Origin: Octopus vulgaris
Taxonomy: Eukaryota
Direction of reading: 5' to 3'
DNA length: 64,000 bases
Assembly (NCBI GenBank): GCA_951406725.2
Contig: OX597821.1
Location: forward strand, 100,068,001-100,132,000
Shown here: positions 39,176 through 53,474 of the stretch, piece after piece
Layout: every line of letters starts with the position of its first letter
Position numbering within the stretch: position 1 is the first letter of the stretch
Notes under the pieces: generated by a model
Databases searched by the model: none
Seen by the model: the letters and a program-made list of their open reading frames with translations, nothing else
Told to the model about the DNA's origin: nothing
Translations under genes and position numbers: made by a program

Positions 39176-39737
39176 GAAAAATATAGGTTTCTCCTACAAG
39201 CACTGAAACTATTAGGTACTCAGCATAGTAGAGAAGTAACTTTCTCTATAAAACATCAATTCTAGGAAACTTATAATGCATTTAATTTTTTTCCTTGTAT
39301 TTACTTTTTTTTAATATTTATCAAACTCCCGTTACCTAGCCTATATATTTTAACAACCACACTTCATTTTCTGTTCCACTAAAAGCGAAGAAGAAAATTA
39401 TACCAGCAAGCTCAACTATCATACAAAAAAAATATATGAAGAAACTAAAATAGTACCACTGAATTTCTTCAAAACCATTTACCATTCCAGTTGCATTATT
39501 AGAGATGCAATAATCTAACTAATCTAAGCATTTCTTTCTGTGGCAAGCATTTTCCTGAGTGGTTTTACATATAAATGTAAGATTTTTAAGGCAGAAATAC
39601 AGATGAAATGTTTGAAGACAGGAAAAGCAATTTTCATAAGTATCTGTTGCCACGAGATTTTTTTGTATATTTTTTTCTGACGTCAATTTTTCAATTTTCT
39701 TTTAAACTGATTGATCTGTTTTTGCAGTTTTTAGAAA

Positions 39738-39832
39738 ATTGTTGTTGTTGTTGCTGCTACTGCTGCTGCTGCTGTTGTCGTTGTTATTGTTGTTGTTGTT
39801 GCTGTTGTTGTTCTTCTTCTTCTTCTTTTTTA

Positions 39833-39883
<51 letters not shown>

Positions 39884-39939
39884 CACAATCATCATCGTCA
39901 TCGTCATTAACACCATCATCATCGCCGTCGTTGTTACCG

Positions 39940-39970
<31 letters not shown>

Positions 39971-39990
39971 TATTATTATTGTTGTTATTT
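39738..39990. repeat. Compound trinucleotide repeat (TTG/CTG/TTC/TTA/TCA)
   Basis: Direct read. Confidence 0.95.
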
Positions 39991-40480
39991 TTTTCTTATT
40001 GTATTTTGAAATACCTCTCATTGTGAAATGCGTAAACTCGGAAAGTAGTGAGGTTGTTTTCAAATACACTACAATATTTAGTGCATCCAAAAAAAACTAG
40101 ATCTTGCATAAAGAACGCAAAATAAAACAAACATTTAAAATAATATTGATAATAATAATAATGATAATAAACAATAGCGACAGTATCGCCTCGAACATTT
40201 TGGGAAAAACAAGGTAATGCACTCTTACAATATGGAAGCCACAACATTATATAAGATTACACCAACAAATGCAGTGGAACGCTGTCTAGAGTTAATATTT
40301 ACACAAATACCTAATTTCTTAAAAAGCATTATGGCTGCATGAAACATAGAGAAAGAAAAAAAGTAGCCGTGAAGCTATCGCACGTATTTATATTTATATA
40401 AATATACGACTGATTTTGTCAACTAACATACATGTATACATATATATATATACATACATGCTGATAGGTACAACTAACTC

Positions 40481-40951
<471 letters not shown>

Positions 40952-41329
40952 GTGAGTTACGTACCCATGTGAAGACAAAATACATGTTAAAATAGAAACG
41001 TAAATGCATGCATAGACATACAATCAAACATTCTCTGAAGTATATTGACAAAAGTACAAATATGTTAACGCGTGTTGTCACAGATGCAAAATTCATCAGC
41101 GCAAGTGTTCTAACACGCGCTACTGATCTAATACAAACAAAAGCACCTAGAGTCATTACTTTTATGTATATCAGGAAGCAGAAACGCAAAATGTAGAACT
41201 ACGTTGAGAATATACGTATTCTCTACTTCCTTGGTGAGAATTTTTTTCATAGGATTTGATTATCACTTTTTATCACTGAGAGAATAGACATCTCAGCGAC
41301 ACCACCTGATAGAGCATAACAAAAGTTAA

Positions 41330-41810
41330 TAATCTTTTCTACTATAGGCACAAGGCCTGAAATTTTGTGGGTAAGATACTAGTCGATTACATCAATCCCA
41401 GTGCTCCCACTGGTACTTATTTTATCGAGCCTGAAAGGATGAATGACAAAATCGACCTTGGCGGAATTTGAACTCGGGACTTAAGTCCAGATAAAATGCC
41501 GCTAAGCATATATATCACCGTGATCACCGTGACCGACCAGGTTATCAGCTGTTGCTACACATCGTCAATCACAATACGCTTCGCATTGTTTTAGCCTTCA
41601 AATGATGCCACCCCGCTGGTTAAGCGAGCAGGCCAACAGAAGAAAGAGTGAGAGAAAGTTGTGGCGAAAGAGTACAGCAGGGATCGTCACCACCCCCTGG
41701 CGGAGCCTCGTGGAGCTTTAGGTGTTTTCGCTCAATAAACACTCACAACGCCTGGTCTCGGAATCGAAACCGCGATCTTACGACCGCGATTCCGCTGCCC
41801 TAACCACTAG
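41330..41810 (-). mobile_element. Family A SINE (41330-41510) and family C-type SINE (41520-41810)
   Basis: The second copy is the reverse complement of the head and centre seen at 48765. Confidence 0.8.
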
Positions 41811-41867
41811 CAGAGGGCCATTGTGCCTCTGAATGAAACAGTACTATCCTAAACCCTTCTATAATAA

Positions 41868-41978
<111 letters not shown>

Positions 41979-42334
41979 CTAAGCAAAGTACTATATAAAT
42001 ATTAATGACCTGTAGGGACACCGTATTTCGTTATGCAAACATGGTCTCCCTACAAGTCATTAGTATTTACGTACCCGCTCTCAGGAATATGTTTTATATG
42101 TGAATCTGCTCTATGCAATAACGTTACATCGCTATAATTAGTGGATATTTATATAATGAGTTCGTGGATGGTTAATGGGATAGATAGGTGATGATGAAAG
42201 AGCAAAACTCCTGAAATCTGGCATATACGCCCATTACACAATTTACATCTTAGATCTCGTCGTTGTTTATATCAGGCGTCCCGGATACAAAATATCGTAA
42301 CAAAATCAGTGCTGACCTTAATTTCCATAGAAAA

Positions 42335-42662
42335 TTCTTTTATTCTTTTATATGCTTCAGTCCAATGACTGTGGCCATGTTGGAGCACTGCCATTGTAAT
42401 CATCTTGCCACTTTCCACCTTTGTCGGAGCGGCTTTTGGTGAAGGATGGAGTTCGATGCTACTGCCCTCTTTTGAGTTTCCTGCCTAGATATTGGCTCAT
42501 CCGGGATCTCGGCGAGCTAGAGTTCAAGTTCACGTCTACATCCACTCCTTGGAGGCTCCTCAGATGCTTCGGCAGAGAGTTAAACTGCTGTAGCCCCTTG
42601 AAACCCAAGCTATTGCAGTACATCGTCCTTGCCAGAGATGAAGCAGTCGGCACAGTGGATCT
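42335..42662 (-). mobile_element. CR1/L2-group LINE 3' end
   Basis: RTMYCNSLGFKGLQQFNSLPKHLRSLQGVDVD..., then a tail GTGCTCCAACATGGCCACAGTCATTGGACTGAAGC..TAAAAGAATAAAAG. Confidence 0.8.
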
Positions 42663-43077
42663 GTAGAAATAATCCTTAACAAGTATAATATAAGTTTCGG
42701 GAAACTTATTACACCCTATCAAGTTATCCTGTTGCCACGAGGTTTTGTTCATTCGTGCGATTCAAACTGAAGGTTATATACACAAAGATAACTCCTGGTT
42801 TTATATGAAACATCCTAGTTAACAGACACACATATTTAATTGCGTCTATCTTATTAGAGTTTTATGGCTTTCCATGGAAATATTAATATCAGTTGAATAC
42901 ATAAAAATGCGCATTAAATCTCTGGAAATAATCCCCACTCCCACAAAATATGATATATGTATACATACATATATACATCCATACATGCATATATGTATGT
43001 ATACATACACACTCACCTACACACACAGATATATATATATGTGTTTATATGTATGTATGTATATATGTATGTATGTA

Positions 43078-43110
<33 letters not shown>

Positions 43111-43332
43111 GTATACAAATATGTATACATATGTATATACGTGTGCGTATAAATGTGAGAACATTTGTATATATGTGTGATGTATGTATGCATGTATGTA
43201 TGCATGTGTGTATGTGCATGAGTGGGAATTAACAGGAAAAATAGAACTTAAAGTTCTGTGAAATTACACAAATGGTTTAAGTGTTGGAGTTTTGTGCTTA
43301 CTCAGTCGTGTATGTATATGTATCTGCCTATA

Positions 43333-44650
43333 CAGGTGGTTCGGGTTAAATTTGAGTATCGTTTATGTCTTTCCTGTTTTTTTTCAGGAACACCTTGATC
43401 TATTGGTGAATAGTCAGTGGCATTAGAGAGTATAAAGATTAAAGTTGTAATTATGAAAACGTTAGCTGACATGGAGGGCTGGAATACATCATACAAGTAA
43501 CTTTTTCCCGATTTCAGATGGCTTCCGATCCTGATATATAGGGTAGGAAGCCATTTAAAAATTGGAAAAGAGTTACGTGTATCATGATGATTCGCGCCGG
43601 GTATCAAAATGTCGACATCATGACTGCTGCTCAATGTTTTGTGAACACTGCAAAGACTGTGAAACAGGACAGCTGTAACGGAGATTACGAAGCCGTGTTC
43701 AGCAAGAAGAGACACAGCAGGAGATCTGACTGCGTATGCACGCCGGAGTATAACATTATACCATCGAAACGGACTTTATCCTCAATTAAGAGAGCTATGT
43801 GAAGCTGTTAGAGACTGTAGTCAATTCCTGTGCGGAGAGGGTTACTGCTGTATGGCTGTCTGTGTAGTAGCAGAATTCGAATCGTTGCCATACCTCAAGA
43901 AAGAGTCAGAAGTGGTTGTCAGAGAATTACTTCAACTTCACCAGCTCTAATTTCTTATTTATTTATTTATTGCCCACAAGAGGCTAAACATAGAGGGGGC
44001 AGACAAGGACAGACAAAGGAATTAAGTCGATTACATCGACCCCAGTGCGTAACTGGTACTTATTTAATCGACCCCGAAAGGATGAAAGGCAAAGTCGACC
44101 TCGGCGGAATTTGAACTCAAAACGTAACGGGAGACAAAATATCTATTTCTTTACTACCCACAAGGGGCTAAACACAGAGGAGACAAACAAGGACAAACAA
44201 ACGGATTAAGTCGATTATATTGACCCCAGTGCGTAACTGGTACTTATTTAATCGACCCCGAAGGATGAAAGGCAAAGTCGACCTCGGCGGAATTTGAACT
44301 CAGAACGTGACAGCAGACGAAATACGGCTACGCATTTCGCCCGGCGTGCTACCGTTTCTGCCTGCTCGCCACCTTAATTTCTCTAATTTCTGCCATCCCG
44401 ATAATAATCTCATGGATTACTATGTGATGGGTGTTGTTGAGAGTGACACCATCCATTCTGCCTGCAACACCAAGGCCGAGCTGGTGGCAAACATCATCCC
44501 CGGGTCACAGTGAGGAACGTTTGCGCCAGGTCGGGGAGCTCTCTGACTCCACAGTTGAAGCTAAGGACGGTTACGTTGAGTAAACTGTTACCTCCGAGCA
44601 ATCATCTAATTGATATATTTTGATATTTTAAAAATACATTTATTTTTGGA
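43333..44650 (+). pseudogene. Decayed Tc1/mariner-superfamily (maT/DD37D-like) transposon, internally deleted and split by a SINE
   Basis: TA|CAGGTGGTTCGGGTTAAATTTGA left end; YVKLLETVV...QNSNRCHTSRKSQKWLSENYFNFTSSNF [SINE] ..PDNNLMDYYVMGVVE...CNTKAELVA...VEAKDGYVE*. The right TIR was not found. Confidence 0.8.
43956..44374 (-). mobile_element. SINE family A dimer with 8-bp TSD (TAATTTCT)
   Basis: TSD at 43948-43955 and 44375-44382; (AAAT)n tail. Confidence 0.9.
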
Positions 44651-44846
44651 TGGGATGTTGTGTTTTTTTTCCTCTAATACAAACTAAAATTATATATATA
44701 TATATATACTGTATATGTATAGGTATGTATCTGTATATTAGCATATGTAAACGAATGCATATATAATACTTATATACTATATATTAAATAAATATATGTG
44801 TGTGCGCGGGTATGTATTTATGTATATATGTGTATGCACGCATATA

Positions 44847-44882
<36 letters not shown>

Positions 44883-45216
44883 TGTATGTATGTATGTATG
44901 TATGGAAAGACACCTCATTGTATGTTTCCTCTGCTTAGACATCGATGTTTCAGATACAATTATAATGTAAATATTGTCGATCAGTTAATTTAGTTCCACG
45001 TCTAACTTTACCACGTAAATGTAGATTAAATGTAATTAGTCTGACAGATTTATTTTTAATCAATTTAGGATAAACATATAGCCTATGCCCGGCAACTAGA
45101 ATCCTATTAACGTGTGTTTTTGTATGCTCACGTGGTCATTAATGAAGTTTTTACATACATGCATACATACATACATGTATATATAAATGCATATATTTTA
45201 CTATATATATTATATA

Positions 45217-45278
<62 letters not shown>

Positions 45279-45303
45279 TACATACTTACATATATACACC
45301 ACG

Positions 45304-45338
<35 letters not shown>

Positions 45339-46097
45339 ATTCATATGAATATATGCACATATATATGCATACGTTCGTACATGCTTTCATATATGTGTGT
45401 GCTTATATGTATACATATATATGTAAATACACATACACACACACATAGACATATATATGTATAACATATAGTATAATTATAATCAGAGCAAATTTGTATA
45501 TTCACATATATACATACATTCATATATGTATATTTATACGTATTTACGTACGTGTATAGCTGCATGCATACATTCATGTATACGTGTGCGTGCCGGTATG
45601 TGCATGCGCATTGTGCGCGCGTGTGTGGTTATGTATATTTGTGTGTGTGTGTGTGTGTGTACACATATATTTATACACCTACGTATGTATGAGTGTGTTT
45701 CTGTAGTGTTTGTATATATTTTGGAATGTCTGTCTATTAATATATGTGTGTGTTTTTTCTTTATAAAATGTGTGTACTTTCTGAAAATATTTTTTGCTTC
45801 CCAAACTTTCGCAGACTTCTCAAGATTAATCTATCCTATTTAAAACTGTCAAGGAAGACTTTTTGAAAACAAAGCGGTTTAATGAATGGCTTTTTTAAAG
45901 ATTTGTTTAATCACCTTATTTGTCGATCAGGATCTTTTGGTCTGTTAGAAATCGCGATGAAAACCTCACAATTTGCACTGCTCTGTCTTGTAAAAATGAA
46001 GGGCACATCTGTCTATGGTCGCCACCGATATGCAAGAAGGCGAGATTTTCCTTTGTTTATAGTTCTGCTGGACCATGCCTGTCCTGGAGCTATCCGA

Positions 46098-46447
46098 CTG
46101 CCCCACTCCCGTCGCCATCTCCCCCGCCGGCTTCACCGCCGTCTTCGCCGCCGTCTCCGCCGCCGTCTCCGCCGCCACCTCCGCCTTTGCCGTCGCCACA
46201 TCCGCCTCCGCCTCCGCTGCAGCCGCCTCCGCCTCCACTGCAGCCGCCTCCGCCTCCGCTGCAGCCGCCTCCGCCTCCGCCTCCGCCTCCGCCTCCGCCT
46301 CCGCCGCCTCCGCCTCCGCCTCCGCCGCCTCCGCCTCCGCCGCCTCCGCCTCCGCTGCAGCCGCCTCCGCCTCCGCTGCAGCCGCCTCCGCCTCCGCCGC
46401 CGCCGCCACCACCACCACCACCACCACCACCACAACAACAACAACAA
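46098..46447. repeat. GC-rich (CCG/CCT/CTG-CAG)n compound repeat ending in (CCA)n(CAA)n
   Basis: Direct read; produces spurious poly-P/R/AE/AS ORFs. Confidence 0.9.
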
Positions 46448-46519
46448 ATTCGGATTTATTTTAGTAGACAAAACCCCAAAGAATGTCAATATTTGTAGTC
46501 ATTTTCTTTGCATTTAGCG

Positions 46520-46780
46520 GTCAACATCTGCGATTCAACAGACATGTGATTCGAATGTCGCAGGAAATAATTGTAAGACGGACTCTTCAAGCCGAGCCAA
46601 GTGGCAGGAGATCAAGAACGAAATAGATGGGTGATATCTATAGTTTCTGTTGGTCACGATTGAGGATCCAGCCGGCAAGCATAATGACGCTTGCTTCCAA
46701 AAGGCTTCTCCGGAGGAGGTGTTTGAGGGAATCTAACTCTACACCATTCAGGGAGAGTTGGCGGACAAAATGGATCCATG
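46520..46780 (+). mobile_element. RTE-clade LINE 3' fragment
   Basis: RHVIRMSQEIIVRRTLQAEPSGRR...CWSRLRIQPASIMTLAS; homologous to 59419-59700. Confidence 0.75.
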
Positions 46781-47639
46781 GCTACTGTCGAATAACATTT
46801 AAGTTTTAGTTTAAATATTTTGTAGTTTTGATCGCTAGAGTCAAGATCTTTACGTCACAAAACTCCACGGCCAATTGCAGGAGTGACGACTTTGTCAGTT
46901 GATAGTTTTTACGTCCTAAAAGGTTAATTCTGAGTGGATGTGCGTTTGGAGGACGAAGCTTAACACTGGACATCATAAGTACGAGAGAGAACTTTGCTTA
47001 GGGGATGCAAGCATAGGTCCAAATTTTCTTTACAAATAAGGCCGATTTTTAAAAAAATCTTAACATCAAAACAAACACATAGATAATGATAGTAATTATT
47101 ATTATATTTCTACATCAATCAATTCGGATAAATCAAATAATGGAAAAGTAATGTTTCAAATCAGTCCACAAATGTTTCTACGCTTGTTCGTTTTGGTGAT
47201 GAAGCTTTCCAGGAAGACGTTCAAAGCATTTTAATTAACCCCACCACCATCACCACCACCGCACCACCACTGTCACCAGGGGTTGGGCTTGCAACCCCTG
47301 ACCCCTTATTCATGAGCCTACGTTGAGCACACCTTTAAATCATCAGAACAGAAATAGAGACTTAGCATGTTGGGAGGAGTTTGCGAAATATGTATACACT
47401 TCTCAGTTGCCAAAGTATGGCCGATTGATTACGAAGAACGCTTCGAAGCCGTTAGTTATCGGGTTCAATCTCACTGCCAGGCATCTTGAGCTGATGTTTT
47501 TCAATTCATACATTCAAAGTGAAATTGGTAATTCTTTGCCTTATAATTTTCGTCTAGAGTAAACATGTCAGTGGAATACTCAATCACTTTCACTTCATTT
47601 CAGGTGCTAGCAATTCAGTTGACCGAGCAACTGAATCAT

Positions 47640-47920
47640 CATCGCCCTCCATCCCTCCATCTCCGCTGTCTTCTCTGATCCATTCCCTATTCTCCTCTTT
47701 CCCTCTCGCTCTTCCTCCGTATATCTCTCTCCTCCCGCCTCCTCTTCTTCCCCATCCTCTCTCCTTCCTCTTTCCATTTCCCTTTATCCTTACTTCCTTC
47801 CTTCCTTCCTTCCTTCCCTCACCCCTTCTTCCCTCCGTCCCCTTTCGTTTTCCTTGCTTCCCTCGTACCCTCCATCCTTCCTCCCTCCATCCCTCTCTCG
47901 CCATCCGTCCATCTATCCTT
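47640..47920. repeat. Polypyrimidine (CT-rich) low-complexity tract
   Basis: Direct read. Confidence 0.85.
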
Positions 47921-48764
47921 CCATTTACGCATTTCTGAAGTTAGCAATGTTAGATTTAGTGAGCCTGCTAACATTAGCATACATTAACCCACCAATAACA
48001 AAAGGCGGGTTCGCCAGTGTTACGTGCAGGAATCACATACATTGTGAGTTATTAAACGCTTATGAAAATCAAAAAGGATATGGGAAAGAAAAGTTGATAT
48101 TACATGAATAAAAATGTCCAATGTTGCCTGAACACTTTAAATTCCAGTTCCAAATCCCAGTGATCGGTTTCATAGTTTTTTTTTTACGTATCCATTTCGG
48201 CGAGATGAAAAGCACGCGGAAACATAAACCTGGACGTCGATGAAAAGAATTAAATATAGTGAGGCGGATAATTCATATCACAATAATTCCATTTTTTCTA
48301 ACATTATTGATTAGGGTTATTAACTGTATTTTTGTGTGCAAATGACTTATCAGGTGTTGAGAAATTTAATGACATGTATTTCTCACAACTAGAAAATTCG
48401 TCTTGTCGTATTAATAGTTGCCATATATGTGTCGGTCCTTCTGCCAAAGTCAACAGGATCATTGCATCAGGCTAGATCCTCACTGAGTCGAGAAATACTT
48501 ATGTGGATGGTCTGATGGATGGATGGGACTCAGTAGTTTAGCTGAATTACTAGCTTCTGAAATAATATGTAATTTCTCAGCTTAGTTCTGTTATGAGCCC
48601 TAAGTCACCTAAGGTCAGAGATTAAACCGGTTTCTACCGCGTATAAATGACTGAGATTACAACAATTCCATTGGACAGGACATCGACCTGTCATTATTGT
48701 TAGGACAAATTAACAGCTGAGAGGACTGGAGCGATGTGAAATGAGGTGCGTTTTAGCCACGAAC

Positions 48765-49095
48765 GTGGAGGCGCAATGGCTCAGTGGTTAGGGCAGCGGA
48801 CTCGCGGTCGGAGTATCGTGGTTTCGATTCATAGACCGGGCGTTGTGTGTATTTATTGGGCGAAAACATCTAAAGCTCCACGAGGCTCAGGCAGGGGGTG
48901 GTGGCGATCCCTATTGTACTCTTTCGCCCTATCTTTCTCTCAATCTTCCTTCCTGTTTCTTGAGTAACGCTGCGATGGACTGGCGTCCCGTCCAGCTGGG
49001 GGAACACACACGCCATAGAAACCAGGAAACCGGGCCCATGAGCCTGGCTAGGCTTGAAAAGGGTGCATAAATAAATAAATAAATAAATAAATAAA
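48765..49095 (+). mobile_element. tRNA-derived SINE nested in an older minus-strand SINE (~48600-49195)
   Basis: tRNA head TGGCTCAGTGG...TTTCGATTC and (TAAA)n tail; TSD TTAGCCACGAAC/TTAGTTACGAAC at 48753-48764 and 49096-49107. Confidence 0.85.
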
Positions 49096-49911
49096 TTAGT
49101 TACGAACACAACGCACTCTTCGGTCTGGGAATCGAAACCACGTTACTATGATCATGAGTTCAACACTCTAACAACTACGTAACGTACCTTCGCATAACGT
49201 GTGAGTGGTTGAAATTTTATCCGATAAAGGGCGCATAGCCTAGCGGTTAGGTAGTTGCGATCGTGGTTTCAGTTTTTGCGTTGTGTTGTATTTTTGAGCA
49301 AAACACTTCACCTCATGTTGTTCTGTGATCACTTCGACTTCTGAGTGTGATACGCAGCTCACCTATTGGTGAGAATAATCTAATGTACAGCACAAACATC
49401 ACTATAAAAGAATCATTTCTGCAGGTTGTTCAGCAAGAAAATGCAGAAGCGTCTTTCTCGGACTCCAAGATACTTGTTTCTTGTTTCAGTGTTTCAATCA
49501 TTTGACTGCGGTCATGCTGGAGCACCGCCTTTAGTCGAGCAAATCGACCCCGGAACTTATTCTTTGTAAGCCCAATAGTTATTCTATCGGCCCCCATAAC
49601 TTATCGGTTCGGCAAAAAGAGACTAAGAGAATAAGTGCCAGGCTTAACAAAAAAAAGAACTGTGGTCGATTCATTTGGCTAAAAATTCTTCAAGGTGGTG
49701 CTCCAGCATGGCCGCAGTCAAGTGACTGAAACAAGCAGAAGGTAAAAGATGGGTGAAATACTTACTAATTTCAGGAAAGAAAAGGAACGCTGTGGACTCC
49801 ACACAGGGAAAGTAATGACTTAGGAAATTAAAATTTAGCTTTTCTTACGAAATGATTAATCGATTACTTTGAATGTTGTCTCGTACCGTGTAGATATGAT
49901 ATGACATTATC

Positions 49912-49965
<54 letters not shown>

Positions 49966-50924
49966 GTTATTATCGTTGCTGTTGTTGTTCATGTAAAATA
50001 ATTGTCGATAGGTTTAGCTATAATGTCATCTCAGTGCACTATATAACATCTAATTCTTTGCAATTTTATGCTATATTATAAAAGACAATCTCAAAACTAG
50101 TATTTAGATTAAATGTTTCAAAAACAGATTAAGAGAAAGCGATAAATTCTTGTTAACGCGTCATTATATTATTCTTTCAAAACAGACATTTTGTTTAGAT
50201 ATTTATTTATGTATCAGTTTTACAATGGTGTTTGCAATTAATTAGAACAGGCGCTATCAGGAAAGTAAAGTAAAACTACCAAGAATGTATTTTATAGTAT
50301 CTTTCTATCTTATTTAAAGAGATTTGTTATTTATTCTCTGAATATTTTGTTTGCTTTACTATAAAGTACTCTATCATGTTGCTAAACAATAAAAAGATAG
50401 CTAGTAGTTGCAAGCAAATATGACCAAGTGTTTTAGGTTACTGTTTAGTCATAAGCAAACATAAATATCCTGTAGGCCCTTCGTTGGTGTTGAGCTAAAC
50501 GTTGAAGATACGACATCTCCAGGAAAGAGCTTTAGTGGCTTGTTCAGGCATAAAGGTCGGTGTACTTCTGCCTGACGAGAGAAAATATGTCGAAACACCG
50601 GTATCGCAATGAGCCACGTGCGCAATGAACGCAATATCATCGAAAAAAGAATTGAATTTGCCAGAATGTATCAAGAATAAATATGCAAGTTATCGTTTTA
50701 GATCTCGCTAGTGCAAATAACGATTCTTATATGATATATCTTCACTACGGGGAATGCGTACGTAGTCTGTCCAGTTTCTAGAAATAGCATTTAAATCTCC
50801 TCCAAGATATACCTTGGCAAGTTATAAATAAACGGATAATTAAAAAATTTAGTCGTAGATAAACTATCTATAAATAATACAATTGTCACAGTTAGAATGC
50901 CTTTAACAGTGGAGGAGAGATAGA

Positions 50925-50966
<42 letters not shown>

Positions 50967-51885
50967 GATAGATTGCATAGATAGAAACAGACAGACAAAG
51001 AGACAGAGCTACACTAACATGCGGTCGGTACTCGTTTCAGCTGAGTAGACCAACCGGAAACGAGTTGTTTTGATGAAAGACACAACGCACCATCCTGGTT
51101 GAGGAAACGAAACCATGATTGTACGTCGATATCCATAACCACTAGGCTACGCGACATCACTGCTAAACATTAGAAAGCTTTAAAAAAAATAAAACAAGAA
51201 ACAACAACAAACACGAGACGAGATTAGCTAAAACATATTATTTTAAGAAAGAAATATTTCACAATAATAATTGTGATTCAAGAAATTCGATCGAAACGCC
51301 TACACCAATAATCTGAGCAAATTATGAAGTCCTATCAAACCAAAATAACAGGTTGATATTTTAAGTTTATCAAAAATAATCTAATCTAATATGACAATGT
51401 TTTTTCGTCGAGGGTGTTCTTAGATTATGATTGAACACCAATTTAGTTGTAGAATTGTAATTAGTACAGTGAGATAAAAAAATAATGGAGTGTGCAACGC
51501 ATCTGACTATTTTCAGTTCTGATCACATTGCAAGCGTTAATGGTATTATCGTTACTTTTAAAATTTTTTACTTGTTTCAGTAATTGGACTACGGCCACGT
51601 TGGGGCAGGCACAGCCTTGAAGGGTTTTAACTGAACAGATCGACCCTAGTATTTATTTATTTTTAAAGTTTGGTACATATTTTACTAGTTGTCGAACTGC
51701 TAAGATATGGGGAGGTAAAAACTCCAACACCGGTTGTCAAGAGATATTGGGGACAGCACAGAGACAAAGTCAAACACACATCACACTCACTCATATATAT
51801 TTATACATACAATATGTGACGACGTGTGTATCGATGGCGATTTTCTTTCTCCGTCTTCCCTTCCTTTGATCTTTTCTTTTTCTAT

Positions 51886-51920
51886 GTTTCTGACGAAGAG
51901 CTCCGCTCGAAACGTTATAT
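51886..51920 (+). ncRNA. Minimal type-I hammerhead motif with intact core, within a repeat at 51840-52020
   Basis: GUUU-CUGACGA-A-GAGC(UCC)GCUC-GAAA-CG-UU/AUAU; stem I is weak; related to the 918/7185/13608 family. Confidence 0.65.
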
Positions 51921-52444
51921 CCTACTTCTTTCTTTTCTTTCCTGAGCGTCTAATAACTCTATACTTGTTCCACGCCCTCGCGTTGTTGTGTTTTCTCTTT
52001 GTTCATGTTTGGAGTAACTATATATATATATATATATTTATTACACACAAGTGAGTGAGAACACTTTGAGATATTTTTGGTATCTAACATATGTCAGATA
52101 CTGCGAGCGCTGCTTCTGATTGGTCAATCCATGGTGATGACCCGAGGTCACGGTGACGGCACTACTTTTATCATTCATATGTTACAACTAAACTTCATTC
52201 ATTACTTTCACGAGCAGGTAGAATGTAGCCATGTAATTAAACAAACATACTATCTTTTTTATACCAGATATCACTTAAAGTCATATACACATAAAATATA
52301 AACATTTCTGGTGGTAATTCAATTTTTTGTTGCCAAGCGACCTCGTCTCATAGATAATGAGGACTGTTAAGTTTTACTGGACTGCATGGACTGTTGTGCT
52401 CTACTCTAATAAAATATGATCGTTTATTCGTGTGTAATAAATAA

Positions 52445-52589
52445 AATACCAAACTCATTCCCTATGGATACCGTTTTTATTACAACTCGTGGCTTGTAAA
52501 CGTATCTAATGAGCGAAAGCGAGTTAGATACGTTTACAAGGCACGAGTTGTAATAAATACGGTATCCATAGGGAACTCGTTTGGTATTC
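52445..52589. mobile_element. 145-bp near-perfect palindromic element with a GCGAAAGC apex
   Basis: AATACCAAAC..TTCCCTATGGATACCGT.TTTATTACAACTCGTG.CTTGTAAACGTATCTAA mirrored exactly except at four symmetric mismatch sites. Confidence 0.8.
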
Positions 52590-52595
52590 TCTCTC

Positions 52596-52677
<82 letters not shown>

Positions 52678-52896
52678 AAAACAATTGCAGTGTGGAAGGT
52701 TTTTATAAACCATTTAAGAAACCCACACAAACCGTTAGATTCACTTCAACATTTAAATTTAATTTGCCCAAATATTTTCGTCGCTTTGAGACCGCGACCT
52801 TTCCACTGACAAAATTCCGTGCTGCACACGACCTCAGATCAGATCACTTGCTACGCAAGTACATCTCCGTAATATGTATGTATGCATGTATGTATG

Positions 52897-52994
<98 letters not shown>

Positions 52995-53474
52995 CACGCA
53001 CAACTTGAAAGTAATTGCAAACATTTCAAAGCCTTCATGCGGATTAAAGCACCAAATACATAGCATATATTCCCCACCTTTCTCGTTTTACCAGGCCTCA
53101 CCTGTTTAGAAATCTTGTATTGACCATTGAGTTGTTTCATTAAGTTGATGGAACTCTAAAGTAAACTAATTTACTCAATACTGTTATATGTGTTATGGAA
53201 GCAGAATCTTAAGAGCGAAAACATATCGACTACATATACTACCTATTATTAAGTGATATGATATCAGTAATATTCGAAGTAGTGTGATAAACATGTAATA
53301 TCTTCAAACATGTAATATTTTCTAAGTCTCGCGTAGAAGCTGTAACAGTTTCTCGCTAAATATGTCATTGAAGTTCTTGATTACGATAATGGAATATGGT
53401 AGTTTTCAAAATCTCATTCCAGTAGAACCTCGTAAATCGTATTTGATTTATTGTTTTGTATACAAACTTATAAG

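Noticed and set aside
45882-46517. Poly-Pro/poly-Arg/Ala-Glu ORFs (formin- or extensin-like appearance)
   Set aside because: Trinucleotide repeat open in all frames, with no flanking domain or convincing splice sites
50565-50610. CUGACGA...GAAAC..GUA as a functional hammerhead
   Set aside because: Stems I and II pair poorly; kept only as a weak relic
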